Below the pieces are notes generated by a model. The model was not told the origin of the DNA, did no database searches, and worked only from the letters and a program-made list of their open reading frames with translations. A DNA stretch of 64,000 nt from Raillietiella orientalis (Eukaryota): contig JAYWIR010000064.1 of NCBI GenBank assembly GCA_036172245.1, positions 124,001 through 188,000 of the forward strand, read 5' to 3'. This document shows, piece by piece, positions 1 to 13,759 of this stretch. Numbering within the stretch: position 1 is the first letter of the stretch; each line of letters begins with the position of its first letter. Both the position numbers and the translations under genes were made by a program.

Positions 1-189
1 TGCTTCACCCATGAAGTTGCAGTAGCGGAAGAAACATTCAGAGAAATGAAAACGCAGAGGTCGCCCATGGAAGACCAACTTTCCATCGCCACTGCCGCCG
101 CTCCTCAGCCGGAAAGATAATGCTACACGCGGCCGTCGTACATTCTTTCAAGATTTCTCCTCGTTACTGCTACGAGTAATAAGTTTCTT

Positions 190-1330
190 ACCCGATCACT
201 CCGGGACGTTTATTTTCATAAACCAGCTGGAAACATTTGTTTCCAGCCGACGACCACAAAAAAACAACGGAAATAAGCCACTGGCACGCAGGCCAGGAAA
301 ACGGTACGTGGAGGGAGGAGGGGACTACAAACAAAAAAGAACAGTCTAAATGGGAGGAAGAGGACAGGGATCTTTGGTGACGCTCCGTAGTCACCGGAAA
401 AGAAAAAGAGTGTAAGCACTAAAAGCATTACGGAGCGAATTGGAGGTGGGGCGCGAAAACAAAAATGAGATTAAAGGGGAATGGATGTGGATCACCGGGA
501 TCTCGTTCCAAACCGTAGATAATCCGGCTATGGATGCCGGTGAGTCCCTCCGTTGAATTTTCGATTAAGTGATGCTATTAGGCGCTGATAAAGTCGCCTG
601 CCTTCCTGGTGACACAACATCGCTGTCCACAGCTCTCCAGCACGTCTTTGACCGTGACGATGGCGCGGATGCAACCAACGGTCGAGATCATCGCTGCCGT
701 CGAAAGTCCTTGTGGTTGGAAGAATTGTCTCAGCACCTCACGAGCGGTGTCCTGTTGCAGGAGTGCTGCTGCCAATCACCTCCAGATTTCGTGGAGGGCT
801 CTGCAGTCCAAAAGAAGGTGCGGGAACGACTCCATCACCCCGCACCAGGCACAGTAGGGGGAAGCCACCTCACCGGAAACTCGGTTCCGCCGTTCATTGA
901 AGCGCAAACCGCAGTGCAAGAAGAGCAAAACGTCCTGCTTCCAGGCAAGGGGAAACACCGAATCAAACAGCAGGGAGGGACTATCAGTCCCTCGGGGGCA
1001 ACACCAACAGATTCTCTTCACCAAAGAAGTCCCTTTGCCGTAGCCCGAGCAGTGGCAGCATCCGCCAGCTCGCTCGTATCCCATTCGCCGAGTTTTCTTC
1101 TTCCCGCGATGGTGCAGGAGAACTTCCACCTCTCCGGATGGCTTCTGTCTCCTCTTGCCCTGAGGGCAAACAGTGCTTCGGCGAGGAGCGTAGCGGCCAG
1201 GGTGGAAAACTTCACCTCGTCATGCATCACCTCTTGAAGTGACCGAGGTAGGAATCGACACGGGGCGAATATGTTCGGAACGCATTTCCTGGAATCCAGC
1301 CCAAGAATCAACAGATTCCTGCCGCCAAGC
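190..1330 (-). mobile_element. Non-LTR retrotransposon (LINE) 3' fragment with zf-RVT zinc finger and T-rich 3' UTR
   Basis: ORF 776..1129(-) ends with YCAWCGVMESFPHLLLDCRALHEIWR, the CxxC...E..HLL..C..W signature of the LINE ORF2 C-terminus. An in-frame stop follows, then a T-rich tract on the minus strand. Confidence 0.75.
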
Positions 1331-1602
1331 ATTAAAGTTCATTGGGTGGCAGGAAATCCACAGTTGGGCTTCCAGCAGTGAGGCGACGAGTAATAAGTGA
1401 TGGTAACCAGAGAGAGCTTTCCCATACCGCTAGAAGATGAGGACTGTTCCTTGATCAAGTGGAGGGGTTCCGACGCGATGAAGGAGAGGGGAATTATGAC
1501 TATCCTACCAATTGTTCACCTCCGAGACTCAAACACAACAATGCCTTTAGCTAGCAAAACCTAGGTTAAAAGAATTGCTGAGGAGAGAGCTCGGTTGCGG
1601 AG

Positions 1603-1675
1603 GTGCACTGCCGGGATTCGAACCCGCAGCCATCTGTTCGGCAGAGGGTTTCACACCAACAAAGAGACCCCTACA
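1603..1675 (-). other. Degenerate tRNA-like unit (tRNA pseudogene or SINE head)
   Basis: Minus strand reads TGTAGGG...CTCTGCCGAACAGA...GCGGGTTCGAATCCCGGCAGTGCAC. It has a canonical T-arm/B-box GGTTCGAATCC, partial acceptor pairing and a length of about 73 nt. The D-arm and anticodon arm are degenerate. Confidence 0.45.
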
Positions 1676-3537
1676 CTCTTCCTCAACTTCCGCGCTGAAT
1701 CTCACCATTGCTCCCCATCCCACACATTTCGGCAAGAGTCCAAGTGTGCAGTCTTTCAGCACGTGCTCCGAGCGCGCCTGCTCGCCTGGACACACAGCCG
1801 GCCCATACGCGCAGATGGAGCTGCCGTCCGACCACGCACGGGCAGGACGACACTTCTTCCCACCGGCCGAAACCCCCACACCGAACACACACCCGCGACC
1901 GAGTCGAAGAAGCGCTCGCGCAGAGCGCGTTCCTCCCCCGCGCGCCAACCACCACGCGCTGCCGCAGACCATCAGCGAGTGTCGCTCGGCATACAAGGAG
2001 AACCTCCGACTAACGACGCACCCATCGAAGGACCGCCGGCACCGCGCCCCAAAGAGGCTTTCACCAGGGCGCGCGACGACGCTGCGAAACACGCGGCCGA
2101 CGACCGAGCGACATTCAGAGGTCGGTCTTCCTGGCGACGTGACTCGTCCGGAGAAAAAGCAGACGACATCTCGCGCTGCGCTCCGGCAGAAACCCAAAAT
2201 GGAAACGGAAGCCGTTCGAACTTTCGCTTTCGTTTTCAGGAACCCAGGAGCACGTCCGCGAGATCAGCGTGCGGGCGTGGCAGCCCAGGAACGAGGACGC
2301 GACGCCACAGCTGGCAGAGCACCGGGAGCGCTTCGCATTTCGAACTGGGGAGCTGCGAGCGAGAGACTGCGCGCGAAGAGGAAGGAGCACCACGGTTCGC
2401 GCAGTGCAGTCGAGCGGACGGATTCTTCAGGGTTCGTCGTCCGGACGACCGCAATCAACCGGGGGCCAGACGCCCACGGTTGCCGGCCGTACGTCACGCA
2501 GCCGAGCACCCGTCAGGCTCCCGTACGGCAGGCACGTGCGCTCCATCGGCTCGCCAGCCCTGCAGCCATCTCCTATTTGGATCCCCGTCACGACATTCCT
2601 GAAGGCCCTCCCGGCCAGCAAAGGCCCCGGAGCACACACTTGATCCCACGACGATCACCCTCGCTGGAGCTGAGGCCTCCTTGGAAACGGAGCGCAGGTG
2701 CCAATTGCCTCTTCTCTCAGCCCCGGTGCCGTTGCAGGAATCGTCCATCAGCCTTCCTTCGAAGGCAACGGGCGCGTTCAACCTCGACATCGTGGGCAGG
2801 CGGAAAGTCGACCTCCTCACCGTCGATTCCAAGCGGTCCCGTCGACTGTTCGCCACATGAGCAGTGCCGCAACCGTCTCCAGGCAGCCGGAACGTGCACC
2901 CCATACTCCCTCCCCGTGTCCAGAGTCACCGCTCGGTCCCACCCCTGCAGTGCGAGAACAGAAGCCAGAATGCGGCTGCGGAAGAGAGCGCACTCTGCAG
3001 GACTGCAGAGGGCGCTCGCCGCCGAGCGCACACCTACCGGACCGAAGCAGCGCCACCCATATAACGAGCGCTCACCGACCCACCCAGCGCACAAGAGGAA
3101 AAGGAGAAGCCTAGCCCCGGTACCACGGGGAACACCAGCGGAAGGGATCGCTCAAAGACTGGCTGAGTGTCGCAACCGACCGCAGGGACGCACGCAGCCA
3201 CCGTCCCGTTCCGGGATGCTGAGCGCGGTACACCCCTTTGTCAGCGACTACGGAGCCGTCCGGATAGGCCGCCCAATCGACGCAGGCTGAGAAAGAAAAA
3301 AAGAAAAAAGTCGCCACACTCGCGCGAGCGCACATCCTCCGATCCTCTTCCTGCCGTTGTGCCTCCTTCCTCTCCCGGTACGAAGGGGGGTCCGGCGTTC
3401 TCGAGCTCGTCGTGTCCAATCGGTCAAACAAAAAGGCACAAGGGGATGTCACCAACTGTACGCAGGAAGAGCACCATCACCAAAGCGCTCGCGAGGGCAC
3501 TTCGTTCAGGACGGGGAATGCCCGGAGGGCGCTCGAG

Positions 3538-3895
3538 AGCAGTTCTACAAGATCAACGTCACCTCTTCTGCAAGCGTCACCCAATCTGATGCTGGGGTCC
3601 GCACGATATTGAAGTTACTTATTTATACTCGTTGTGCCCATGTATAAACGCTGAGTATAACGCGGCATTAACATTGTTAGCAGCAGGATCAGCACCGCAC
3701 CTTAAGAGCAACCTGGCAACTTTGCTATTCCTGCAATAACACGCCCAGTATAATCACCGTTATCGTTTTTTCTGTTCGCATCAGCACCATGCTTCAGAGG
3801 CAGTTCTGTAATTTTGCTATCCGCGTTATGGCGCAAGCTACGTATAATATGGGCGAATAATGCAGTACTCGTTTGTATGTTAATATTAGGGTTAC
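3538..3895 (-). pseudogene. Ankyrin-repeat gene fragment inserted in LINE copy 1
   Basis: Translates across frameshifts as NINIQTSTALF...ITELPLKHGADANRKNDNG...LLLRCGADPAAN...YRADP...GDACRRGDVDLVELL. It is AT-rich relative to its GC-rich flanks. Confidence 0.82.
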
Positions 3896-6039
3896 GCCTC
3901 GTATCCGGGTCACGGTCGGAGCCCCCCTCCCCCGGGGAAGCGGGCCGCCTCCTCAGCGATCCCCGACTGCCCGTTCTTGCGAGCCACTCAGCCCGGAGTG
4001 CCTCGGCCATCCACTCTAGGCGGCAGCAGATCGGCTTCCTCTTCCCCTCTCCCTTTCCGTTGCGTCTTCCGAAGTAAGAACGGCCTGCGATGCAAGGAAG
4101 CCTCATCAGAGCAGGGGAATCGGAACCCAATGTCTGGACATTCGATTGCCCTGCCAACGACAAGTCCCCTTGACCAGCACGCCTCCATGCACTTTGCCCT
4201 CCGTCTCCTCGGCGGCATGCGCCGCAGACGAATGGGGACGAAGACCTTTGCCATCGGACAACACCCGTCGCTCCCGTACCGCCCACGACCTGCCCGTTAG
4301 ACGATGCGCTCCGCGGCTGCGCGCCCGGAAGAGAGCGCGAAGGCACGAAAGTAATACCGCACCCTTCTCCCCCCTTCCCGCAACGGAAGCGGGCCAGCTC
4401 CCGCGCTTGCCCCCGGCAGCTATCCTCGAGGCGCGAAGACACGTACGGGCGACGAGGGAGCACCAGCAGGCTCGAGGGCCGCGCGTGCCCTTCCTCGGCG
4501 ACGGACATGAGTGTCCCAGGTCTCGGGGAGAGGAACGATCGTGGAAGTTGGGGACAGGAGCGCAAAACACGGAATATTTGCAGACAAGGAAGCTGCGAAA
4601 ATCCCAGCAGAATCACAGACGGGCGCCACTCGCTGGCAAATCGCGGCAACGCCGAAGTAACAGCTCGGACCCCAGCTCCGCATCCACGCGCGCAGCCCCA
4701 GCGGGAAAAGCCGCAGGAAGGTCGCCACCTGCGTCCACGCCCCACCTCCGCCATTGCACGTCACGAACCAGGTCCTTCCCCCGATTTCCTGCCGAACAGG
4801 CAGTCGAGTAGGTCGAGGACACCTCCCCGTCTCCCGCGCTTCGCCTGCCGGCTTCCCTCTCCTTCTCCTCCACGTAATGCTGCAGGCGGGCGAGTCGGTC
4901 GACCGTGAAGAAGACGTTGCGGCGCTCGCAACGGGGCGGTAGTGCAACGCGCGGCATCAGGTCATCGCCGCCCGACGCCTCCTCCACCGGCCTCCCCGAG
5001 CTATCCGCAGTGCGGGATGTCCCAACTGACCCTACATATCACTTGCCGGACTGCAGCGCACCTTCAAGCAGCTGAGAACGAGCCCGCCTCCGCCACCCCC
5101 GCCGAATCCGGGAGGAACCGACACGGCCTCTGCGGGAGCGGCGGACTCTCGTCACGAGCCACCGTGACCAGCCGACGGTACGCTGCATCCGCGCCACCAT
5201 CGCAGCACGCAATGCGCCGGAGGCCCGGGAGCTGCGAAAGGAGGACACCCGCCTGTCCGAGGGTCACAGGCGGATCAGAGGTGCCTTTCGCGGACAGAGG
5301 AGCAGCAAAGGGGAGCGCCAGCACTCGACATCGCAACGACAAAGAAAAGAGCGCTTCCCAACTCCCCACTCCTTTTTGATTCCTGCGACGTACCCTCCCC
5401 TCCGCTGCTCATTTCCCACGGACACGGCACCCGTGCCACCGGCAGTCGTTCTCGCAGAACTTTTCTTCTCTTCTCCCGGGAACGGAGTTCCCAGCATTCT
5501 CCCGATCATCTTTTCCAACCAGCGACCCGCCGAAGTGACGGCGTAAGATACTGAACGCTCCACGCACCACTTCCTCATTCGCTGGCACGACAAGAAGTCG
5601 CTTCCACGGTCTTCCGCGCAGAAAGCGCGCAGCGACCTTCACCTACGCGCTCGCCTTCCGCTACGCGACACCCGCGAAGGCCACGCCTTCCCGCAGAGGT
5701 TCTCCGACGCACAGGCAAACGTTTTGCGTGCCCACCCGTGCGCACGTGCTGGCCTCAACCTTGCGCACCAGCACCAATGGCACTGATCTCACGGCCTATG
5801 TTCTTCCGCGCACGCGCTGATCTCTCTCCGGGTCGTCGTCGTCCGGTCGCAAAACCTGCGCTGCAGCGCTTTGCGTAGCCAACGCGGGAACGCGGCCGCC
5901 TCTTCGACGTGCTGCAGGAAACGCCGCCATCCGGGAAGATGGACGGACGGCCGCCGCGTGTGGTAGAGATCGAGGAGCGCGTAACAGTTTCGGCTCCGCC
6001 TAGGCCGCGGGGCGTCCCATCGGCGAAATCCTGCGCCAC

Positions 6040-7300
6040 CTGGAACCTTCGGCCGGAGGACAGCGGGACAGGCGATGCGCTACCTCCCGAGCCGGTGCGC
6101 AGGCGCCGCGGAGCTCGCGCAATTGCCGAATACTCGGCGACGGCGACCCTGCTGCGCGCAAGCGAGACGCGAGCAACGCGGAGGGCAAGCGGCAGCCTTG
6201 CCTCCGGCGACGGGAACGCCGCGGGTGCCGCGCGAGCGACGCAAGAAACCGCATGATCGCCGACGGAATGGTCCAGCAGCTGCGACGGGAAAACGGCCGA
6301 AAGCGTGTCCAGCTGCTCGCGGCGTGCAACCTCCGCGCACACGTGACGCTCGCTTGCACGCGCACCGGGCATCCCGGGACTACGGTGTCCGCGAAATCGA
6401 TCCGAAACATCCAGGACGAGCGCGAACCCGGTCACACGACTGGAGATGCGCTCCCCTGCAGCGTGCCAGGCAAGCGAGCTGCAGCGGGGGAAGGGGGGAT
6501 GCGCACGCTGCCCACGTCGAACAGCACACCGGAGCGTGCGCTCTCCAGGGGCGACCGGTTCGCGCTGCCGCGTGGACCACCGGCTGATTCACATCTCGCG
6601 TCCGTCGGACGGAGGCGCTCCGCCGACGGACGCGAGACGAGCGGACTCTTCCGCCGCCGTACACCGACGGACGAACTGCCGCTCCCTCCTTCGGCACTGT
6701 CCGCTGCTCCTTACCAGGTCGGTTACTGTCCCGAGGGAACGGTGCGCTGGTATCGCAGCCTCTTCCGGAGCGGAACGCGTCTCCCCCCTGGAGTAGGGGA
6801 CTTCTTGGGCGAAAGCAATTCCTCTTGCTTGCTCCCTGCTGCACAAAGAGGGCGGAGAGCACGCGAGCACGTGCGGGCCACGTGTGAACTTGAACGAGGA
6901 GCAGAAGAAGCGCCATCGTCAGAGGAAAGGTACGGTCGCAGAGAACTCCCACTTGTCGGCAGGGGGATTCGCCTGGAAGGAGATGACGGCGACGCATGCC
7001 GCCTCCACGCTCGACGCCTTCTTCCCTCCCTTTCCCGGTGTGGCTGCCCCTGGCGATTCCGTACTGCGCCGGAGACCCCCCCTGCTTGCCTGTACTTGCG
7101 TGCTGCCGTTCACGCTCGGAGCCAGGTGCTGTCGCAGCCGGCGGCAACTCACTCTGCCGGCGGCAACCGCAATCCGCCTCTCCGGCCCGACCGCGACTAC
7201 GCCGCGTGCAGCAACGCAGCATCTGCAGGCGCGGAACAAACGGCTACGCACGCATGCATCGGACGGGATGCTGACTCACCGGTGCACAACGGCGCCTTTC
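6040..7300 (-). pseudogene. Degenerate reverse transcriptase domain of LINE copy 1
   Basis: Mirror of 35636-36900; the motifs are listed under that feature. Confidence 0.68.
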
Positions 7301-10300
7301 CGCGACGGGAACGACCGCGAAGCATTTCGTTGCTGCTGGTGCTCCACCAATCCATGGTCTGCTTGCGTCCGCGAATGTTGCCCGAGGCGGGCGCTACCGC
7401 CACAACGTTGGACCGTTTTAACATGTAAGGTCCGAACAAGGTTCCAAGACGAAGGTCATCCGGAGGGCCGGCCCCCTTTTCCACGAGGCTTGAAACGCCG
7501 TGGAGCTGCGAAAGGGGCAGCAGCAAGCGGTTGGCGCAGCGCGCAAGCGACGGGCGGAGCGCGGAAGCGGCGCCACCCTGTTGCTGCGCACGCGGAGGCG
7601 CGAGCGCAACGCCAAGATACGTTTCTTGAGCGCAGGCGGAGAGGCGGACACCCGTGAACGGCGAGAAGCGGCCTGCAGACTCGCCTGCGGGTTCACTCAC
7701 CGCAGGTCGAGCAGTCTCACCGCGCGGATTGGCGAGCCGCGGCAGGCGGGCAGGAAGCGGAGCGAGCGGCCATTCCGACTGGTCACCGCACTCGACGGGC
7801 TAGCGGACGGCGCTGCGACATGCGGCCAGAGGACTTGAGTCGCCCTCGTCTGTTGGTGGTGGCGGTGGCCACGGGGAGGCCTACGGGGGTACGCCTACTC
7901 CCCCGGCACGCACGCGCTGACAAGGCGGCGAGTGGGAAACGGCAGCGAGAGATGCCGATGCTCGTGCGCCCGCACGTGGAGGCACGCGCACCGTCTCTGG
8001 ATAGGCAGGTGGGAGGAGAAACGCACGCCTTCCTCGTCGCGGTCAAAACCAGGATTGACCGACTGCACTCCCGCATTCCCAGCCTTCCTCCAAGAACGAG
8101 ACCTCCGACCGTGGAGCCGGCGGCCGTGCGTCCTTCCTCAGCAGCCACCCCCTTCCTCCTACCAACCCACTCCTCACGATAAAACCTTGGCCAGTGCGGC
8201 CCCCCGCTGCGCCTACTGCCGTCTTTCCCGAGGACAGAACACGGCGAACGCGAATTCGGGGAGGCGCGCCGCAGCCCGCGCTGCACGCAACACCCCGTCG
8301 GCGAGGTCGTGCCACGCCGGACGGAGCGCCCACCCAACGCATGCACGGATTGGTGCCGGTGGCCGGCGGCCGTTTTCCTCCGTGTCGACACTCTGTGGGG
8401 GTGCAGCCCGAAACTCAACGCCCTTTCATCCGTGCGCCCTCCCGCAAAGGGAACGCCGAAACGGCGGAGGCAGCCGCGTCGCGCGACGCACCAGGAGGCA
8501 GCAGCTGCGGTCGAGGCGCGCGAAGAGTGCAGAAGACGAATGTCCAGGCGCCCGCATCGTGGACGCGTTTCCGCTCTCCGGTCGCGGGCTGCACCTGCCG
8601 TCGGTCTCGGCCGATGACGCCGCTCCGACGGGGGAGCACTCCTCCTTGCGAACGGCGCAGCGCGGGCGCTGCAAGTCGCGCGCAGCATTGGCGACTCCCG
8701 GCGTCGAGGTGCGAGCGCCGTGGGAATCGCGCAAGAAGCAGGAGGTCCTGCAGCCACGGTTTCGCCCCCCCGGGTGCATGGAAAAACACCCCAGCGCTGT
8801 CCGGAAGTTCTCGTGCGGCACCCGACCGTGCACGCGTCGCCCGCATCCCTGCCCGAGGAACGTGCAGCCCCTTGGGCGAAGGATAGGAAGCTACCCCTCC
8901 CCCTCCAATGTGTCTCAGACGCAACAGGGACGGCGGGAAGCTTCGTCGCGGGCGCATCTAGCCCGAGGTCCGAAGGCGTGCCTCCCCCTGCAGAGCAAAG
9001 CGGACCGTCCGCATCGGAGCGGATGCCAAGGCAGCTCGTGTCACAAACGCTCTCCCGTGTTCCCTGGGAAGGGCACTCGCGAAACGGATCCAGCGACTCG
9101 CTTCTGCACCCCTTCCCTGCCGAGCGATCCTCCACGCCCACCGGAAGCGGGAATGCGTTCGGCTGGAATCCTCGCTGCTGTGCTCAGCGCCGGGAGCGAT
9201 ACCGTTTGCTGCTCCAGCAGCCTGCGAAGCGTATGGCGGTCGACGCTCCGTGTTCGCCTGCCGACGGTCGTCCATCGCAACAAAGAGCGCATCTGCCTCC
9301 CTTCCGCAACGCCACGGATGGCCTCTCGGGAACGGCAGAGTGTTCCGTGAAGCCCTCGGACGGTGTCGCTTGAGCGCCATCGCCGCGGCAGCAGCTCGAG
9401 TCGGAAGCCGACAGGCTAGCGTGCGGAGATGGGGAGCGGTCGGCGCGGGCGAGCGCGCGAGTGCCGCCTCTTTCACGGACACGCAGGCAGACGTGCTCTG
9501 CGGCCTCCGAGATCGCTGTGAGCGTTCGCGTCGCCGTGGGAGACGTCCAGCGCCGTGAGCGCGGCCGAGGACAGCACGAGATGCTCGGCACGCGCTCGAC
9601 GACAGGCGACCTGGTCGAAGCTCCCCACTCCACGCTCCAGCACACGTCTATTTCTTCTTCCTCTGCCGCGTGTCCTGCCGACCACCGCACGGCCCTTCCC
9701 CCTTCGGGCCATTCTTCGTTGGTTCGTTCCTCTCGGCGCTGCGCACGAGCCGCGCTCCTGAGCCGGGCGCACAGTGGCCTCCCCTGGCGCAAGAGTGTGT
9801 GCGCGCGTTCCCGATGTGGGCGAGTGCCGCCTGCTTGGCGAACGAGTCGGCGGCGGCAAGAGGGCGCTTCCCGCTTTCGATCGCGCGCTCGCCGTCCGGG
9901 CAGTGTCACCTCGTCCGTCCGCAGGAAGATTGGCGTGGCGCTCTTCTGCCGAACGACGGGCGGCTTCAGTGTTCCCGTGGGGAGACGCTTGGGGCATCTC
10001 CGCAGAGAGCGGCATTGGGCAGGCGTCGTGGCGACGAGCACGCAGCCGACGGAGATGCCGAGTCTCGCCGCTCGCCAGTTTCCGCTTCCGCTCGGAGATG
10101 GCGCTGCATTCGTCTGTCGGCGGATTGCCGAGCGAAGGGAACAAGGCGCAGCCTTCCGGACCCCGCAAGCGAAGAGGCCCTTCCGCATCAGCGAAGCGAT
10201 CCCGGATCGTTTCGGAACCGTCGTGACAGACGCGCGAGTCTGCAGAGGGTCGGACCGCCCCTCGCATCAGCAAACGCTCACGTGTAGCCGCCTCCCCCCC

Positions 10301-13300
10301 TCCTGGCGGATGCGCGCAAAACTACCGGAAAATGGGGAGCGCGCGCGCACGAGACGGAGTGCACACCGGGAGAAGCACGGAAATGTACGGGGCGCGGCTT
10401 CGACGGTGGTGCGTGCGCAGATTCGCAACTGGGTGTTTGGCGGCTCCGAACACGGCCCGACGTCCGTGCCTCTTCCCGCAGCCTGCGCCAGGCGAGCGAC
10501 CGCGCCAACGCGCTTCTTGCAACGCACCGGGCAGCAGAGCGAAGGCGGGTGGCGCGACGACGACCTCGCCAAGGCTGCCGGAGACGCGTGCACCGCGGTC
10601 GATCGGCGGACGCGGCCCAGTCGCTGGCCGAGGACGCGAGAAGGTCGTGCTCGCAACGCGCGCCTGGCCGCGGGGAGACGCGTCGCCATGACGGATGGGC
10701 GCTCGCTCGTCGAAATGCCGATTTACGGCGTCCACAGGCCGGTGCCTGTTCGCCGCCGCGACGGCCTTCCGCCAGAGGCACGGCAGACGTCCGATTCCCC
10801 CTCTACCTGCGCGTTCCGCCAGCCTCGGCCTGCCGCCGACACGGCGGGCCGAGGCCTGCGTGCTCGGGCAGCGGGCATTTAGGCGCCGCTCCCGGGTGTG
10901 CCCTGCGTGGACGCGCAAGCGGACCCACGGGCAGCGCGAGAGGTGCGCCCCCTGTCGGGTGCACGCAACGTAGCCGCGCCCGGGGCGATCGCATTCGCGA
11001 CGGGAGAGGATGGAAGGAAGACTTTCGCTTTCGTTCCGCGAAGACGATCGCTGCACGGACGAAGGTGCGGCCGCTGCCACGCGTCGAAGCGCGCGCTCAG
11101 TGATCGCCGTTCGCTCGCGAGGGGACCGCGGCCACGGCGCGCACGCCAACCAGCCAACACCTTCCTCCGCAGCCGCAGTCGCGCGCGCGTCGTTTGTTGC
11201 GCGCGAAATGGCGCCGTCCCGCTCGTCGGAGCCGTTCTGGCGCGCGCGTGCGTCAGCCCGCCACCAACGCGCAGGAACGCATGCCCGCAACCCCTGCGAC
11301 CCCGCCGCTTCCGGGTCCAACTTTTGCCTGCCGCCGGCGCACACGCGCCTCTCCGTCCCGCTTCCGTTCGCACGTCCGTGAATTCGGCATCCGCTACGTT
11401 CTGGACGCTGCTGCTCCCCACCGGGCCCTCCGCCGAGTCCTCTCTCAGCTCTTCTGCATTCCGCTTCCGATGCCCCGTTTCGTGCGGTCGGTCGTTCCGT
11501 CAGTGGGCGGGCGCGCGGGCGTCTCGGACGACTTAACCCGCCAGTCTTCGGACTCGTGCCGCGCTCTCCATCGAAGCGGGCAGCCCGCGAAGCGCAGGCA
11601 CGCCCCTCCCGCCAAGTCGTTGCGGGGCGATCTCGCAGTCTTCTTCTTCCTGGTGCACGATGCGGTGGTGCGCGGATGCCAGCGGCTTTTTCTCTCGGCT
11701 TTCCGTTCGCACCCGGCAGTTCCACACGCGGGCACGGGCGTCTTCCGCTGCTGCTCCGAGCACGTCCGGAGCAGCGGGTGCCATAGGCTTTCCAAAAACC
11801 TTGCGAAAGCGGGAGAGGGCGCGCGCCATCGCCAGCCGACTCTCCGTTTGCGTGGCCTGCCATGAAACCTCGGCGTAGACGCCAGCGGACCGTTCTTCGC
11901 CGAAGGCGAGCTTCGCCTCGAAGCGACGTCGGGTGGGACGGTCGGGGGAGCACGCGTCGGGCACGCCGGGCAGGCTCACCGGTGCCGTTCCGCTGTCGGA
12001 GGGGCGCTTCGCAGGCCGAACGCGGGACGGGGCCTTGTTCTTTTGTCCCGCGAGAGCAGACTTGCGCGTGGAAAAGGCGCTTTGGGAGGAGGCGGCGGGC
12101 AGCCTGGTAAGGAGGTAAGCTGTGCTGCACGGCACTCAGCGGTGTGCGTCACGGGAGCTTGCGTGGAGGTGGAATCGTTTCCCTGTATGGGAGGAAGAGG
12201 GAGGAGACACGGGAGAAGCGGAGGTGGCAAGGATCGGACACGAAGCTGGAGCCTGCTGGTTGGCTGCGTCCACGGAAACTCTCTCTGCGCCAGAAGCATC
12301 GCCGTAGCATCGTTCGGTCACGAAGACACGGAGCCCGAGGGAGCCGCGACTGTGGCACTGAATTCCCAGGGGGCGGGGGGGGATCGGTTGTACTGGGAGT
12401 CCGTCGCTCTCGCATGCACTCGGCGACGGGAGGGACATAGCGGAAGGGTCAGTTGTCGGGGACGAGCTCCTCGGTCTTCGCTCGCATCCTTTCGATGCAT
12501 AGATAGGGGGATAAGTGGGCGCGCATGAAAGGGAACTCCGGGTCTCTGAAGGGTTGAGTGTGGACTTTGTAGCGCCAACGAGCGCCTGCTCCGATCGGCG
12601 TCGGGACGCCCGCGTAGTCGGGTCCCCATGCTAGCGGGCACAGCGCGCCGCCATCTCCGAGTGCGGGAAGACCAGGCACACCTTTTCGGCACTCTTCCCG
12701 GTTTCCCGGGAGTTCCCTTCGTGGGGCAGCCAGAGTTCTCATGTCACGCGCCGGAAATTACGAGTGACCCCGGTCTCGTAGGAAACGGTCAGTTGGGAGA
12801 GAATTCCCTTGGTGTCGGCCGATTCTCTTTGGTCTCTCTGGATATCTCCCCGCCGAAGGCAAATCCCCTACTGTGTCTTCGCCCGATTCGCTCCGCGTCT
12901 GATTCAATATCGTAGAATCAGGCAATTGGGGATCACGCTCCAGCTGTTGGTGAAGACGAGCGAAGCTGCCGAGGTCCTCCCGATTCGAAATAAGAAGGGG
13001 TTCGACGACTGGGTACCCCTTGGTTTGGATTTGCGGAGATGCTGGGTACAGCCGAGTGGACTGTTCGAGCGAGCCATCTTCGTGAGTGGCTGGGAACGCT
13101 GAGGGATGCTGGTGCCCGGGAGTCGTTCTGGCTGCTGCCTTGTCTGGCTTGATTCTCGGGAAAAGGAGGACTTTTTTGCTCCCAAGAGAAGGCAGGCCAG
13201 GGACTGAGGTGCGCCTTTCTTCGTCGCAGTGACACTTTGCGTAAGACCTGAGCGGTGACGGCGCTGAAGGAAAGATGGTGCTCCGAGTGTTGACGGTTTG

Positions 13301-13759
13301 CCAGCCGGTGCGCAGGAGGTGGGGGATGCGTGCGTGCACGTGGTGAGGTCGTAGTCCGTGCGTGGCGCACTTTCGCTACCACGGAGATGAAGGGGGTCGC
13401 GTGTCTCTTCCGTCCCCAATCGACGCCTTCTTCGACAGTTCTTCTGCTTTGTGGTCTCAGCAACGGGAATCCTGAACGTTCCTGGAAATTCGACGGAATC
13501 CGTGCCTATCGTTCTTTGATTGTACTGCTATTTCCCGCTCGCACAAGTCTTCGGTGTGCGTGTCATTTTCGCTTTCCGGACCACGGACGCACTGACTTGG
13601 TCAGTGGAGAGTTTTTGCCTGTCGCTGTCTGCCCTTTCATTTTCACGTTGCTTGAGTGCCGTGTGTTTTCTTTGGTTGCACCTCGAAGTGTCTTCAAGGA
13701 AGGAAGGAAAACGGTTGGTGGTCAGACTTCAGTATTCTCAGTTCTGTGCAGGCATGTGT

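Larger units (their letters stand above)
1674..13622. repeat. Left arm of ~12 kb inverted duplication (partner 29307-41255)
   Basis: The ORF track is mirrored (e.g. 7783..9141- vs 33796..35154+; 10322..12130- vs 30802..32610+). Junctions read directly: identity starts at cactcttcctc (1674) and ends at gagtttttgcctgt (13622). Confidence 0.97.
1674..13622 (-). mobile_element. Degenerate long GC-rich LINE-like element, copy 1 (3'-truncated relative to copy 2)
   Basis: Same ordered motifs as copy 2, on the minus strand: GDANAH (~9518-9535), RT block (~6040-7300), YPDGS (~3252-3266), CPGEQARSEHVLKDC (~1748-1790). Confidence 0.72.

Noticed and set aside
3538..3895. Diversity-generating retroelement (RT plus variable ankyrin region)
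   Set aside because: The RT is a dead non-LTR type, the differences between copies are indel-rich and not adenine-specific, and there is no template/variable repeat pair.
1547..13463. Long overlapping ORFs (up to 602 aa) in all frames, and their mirrors at 29466-41631
   Set aside because: They are Arg/Ala/Pro/Ser-rich shadow ORFs expected at high GC. The real motifs hop between frames, as in a frameshifted LINE.
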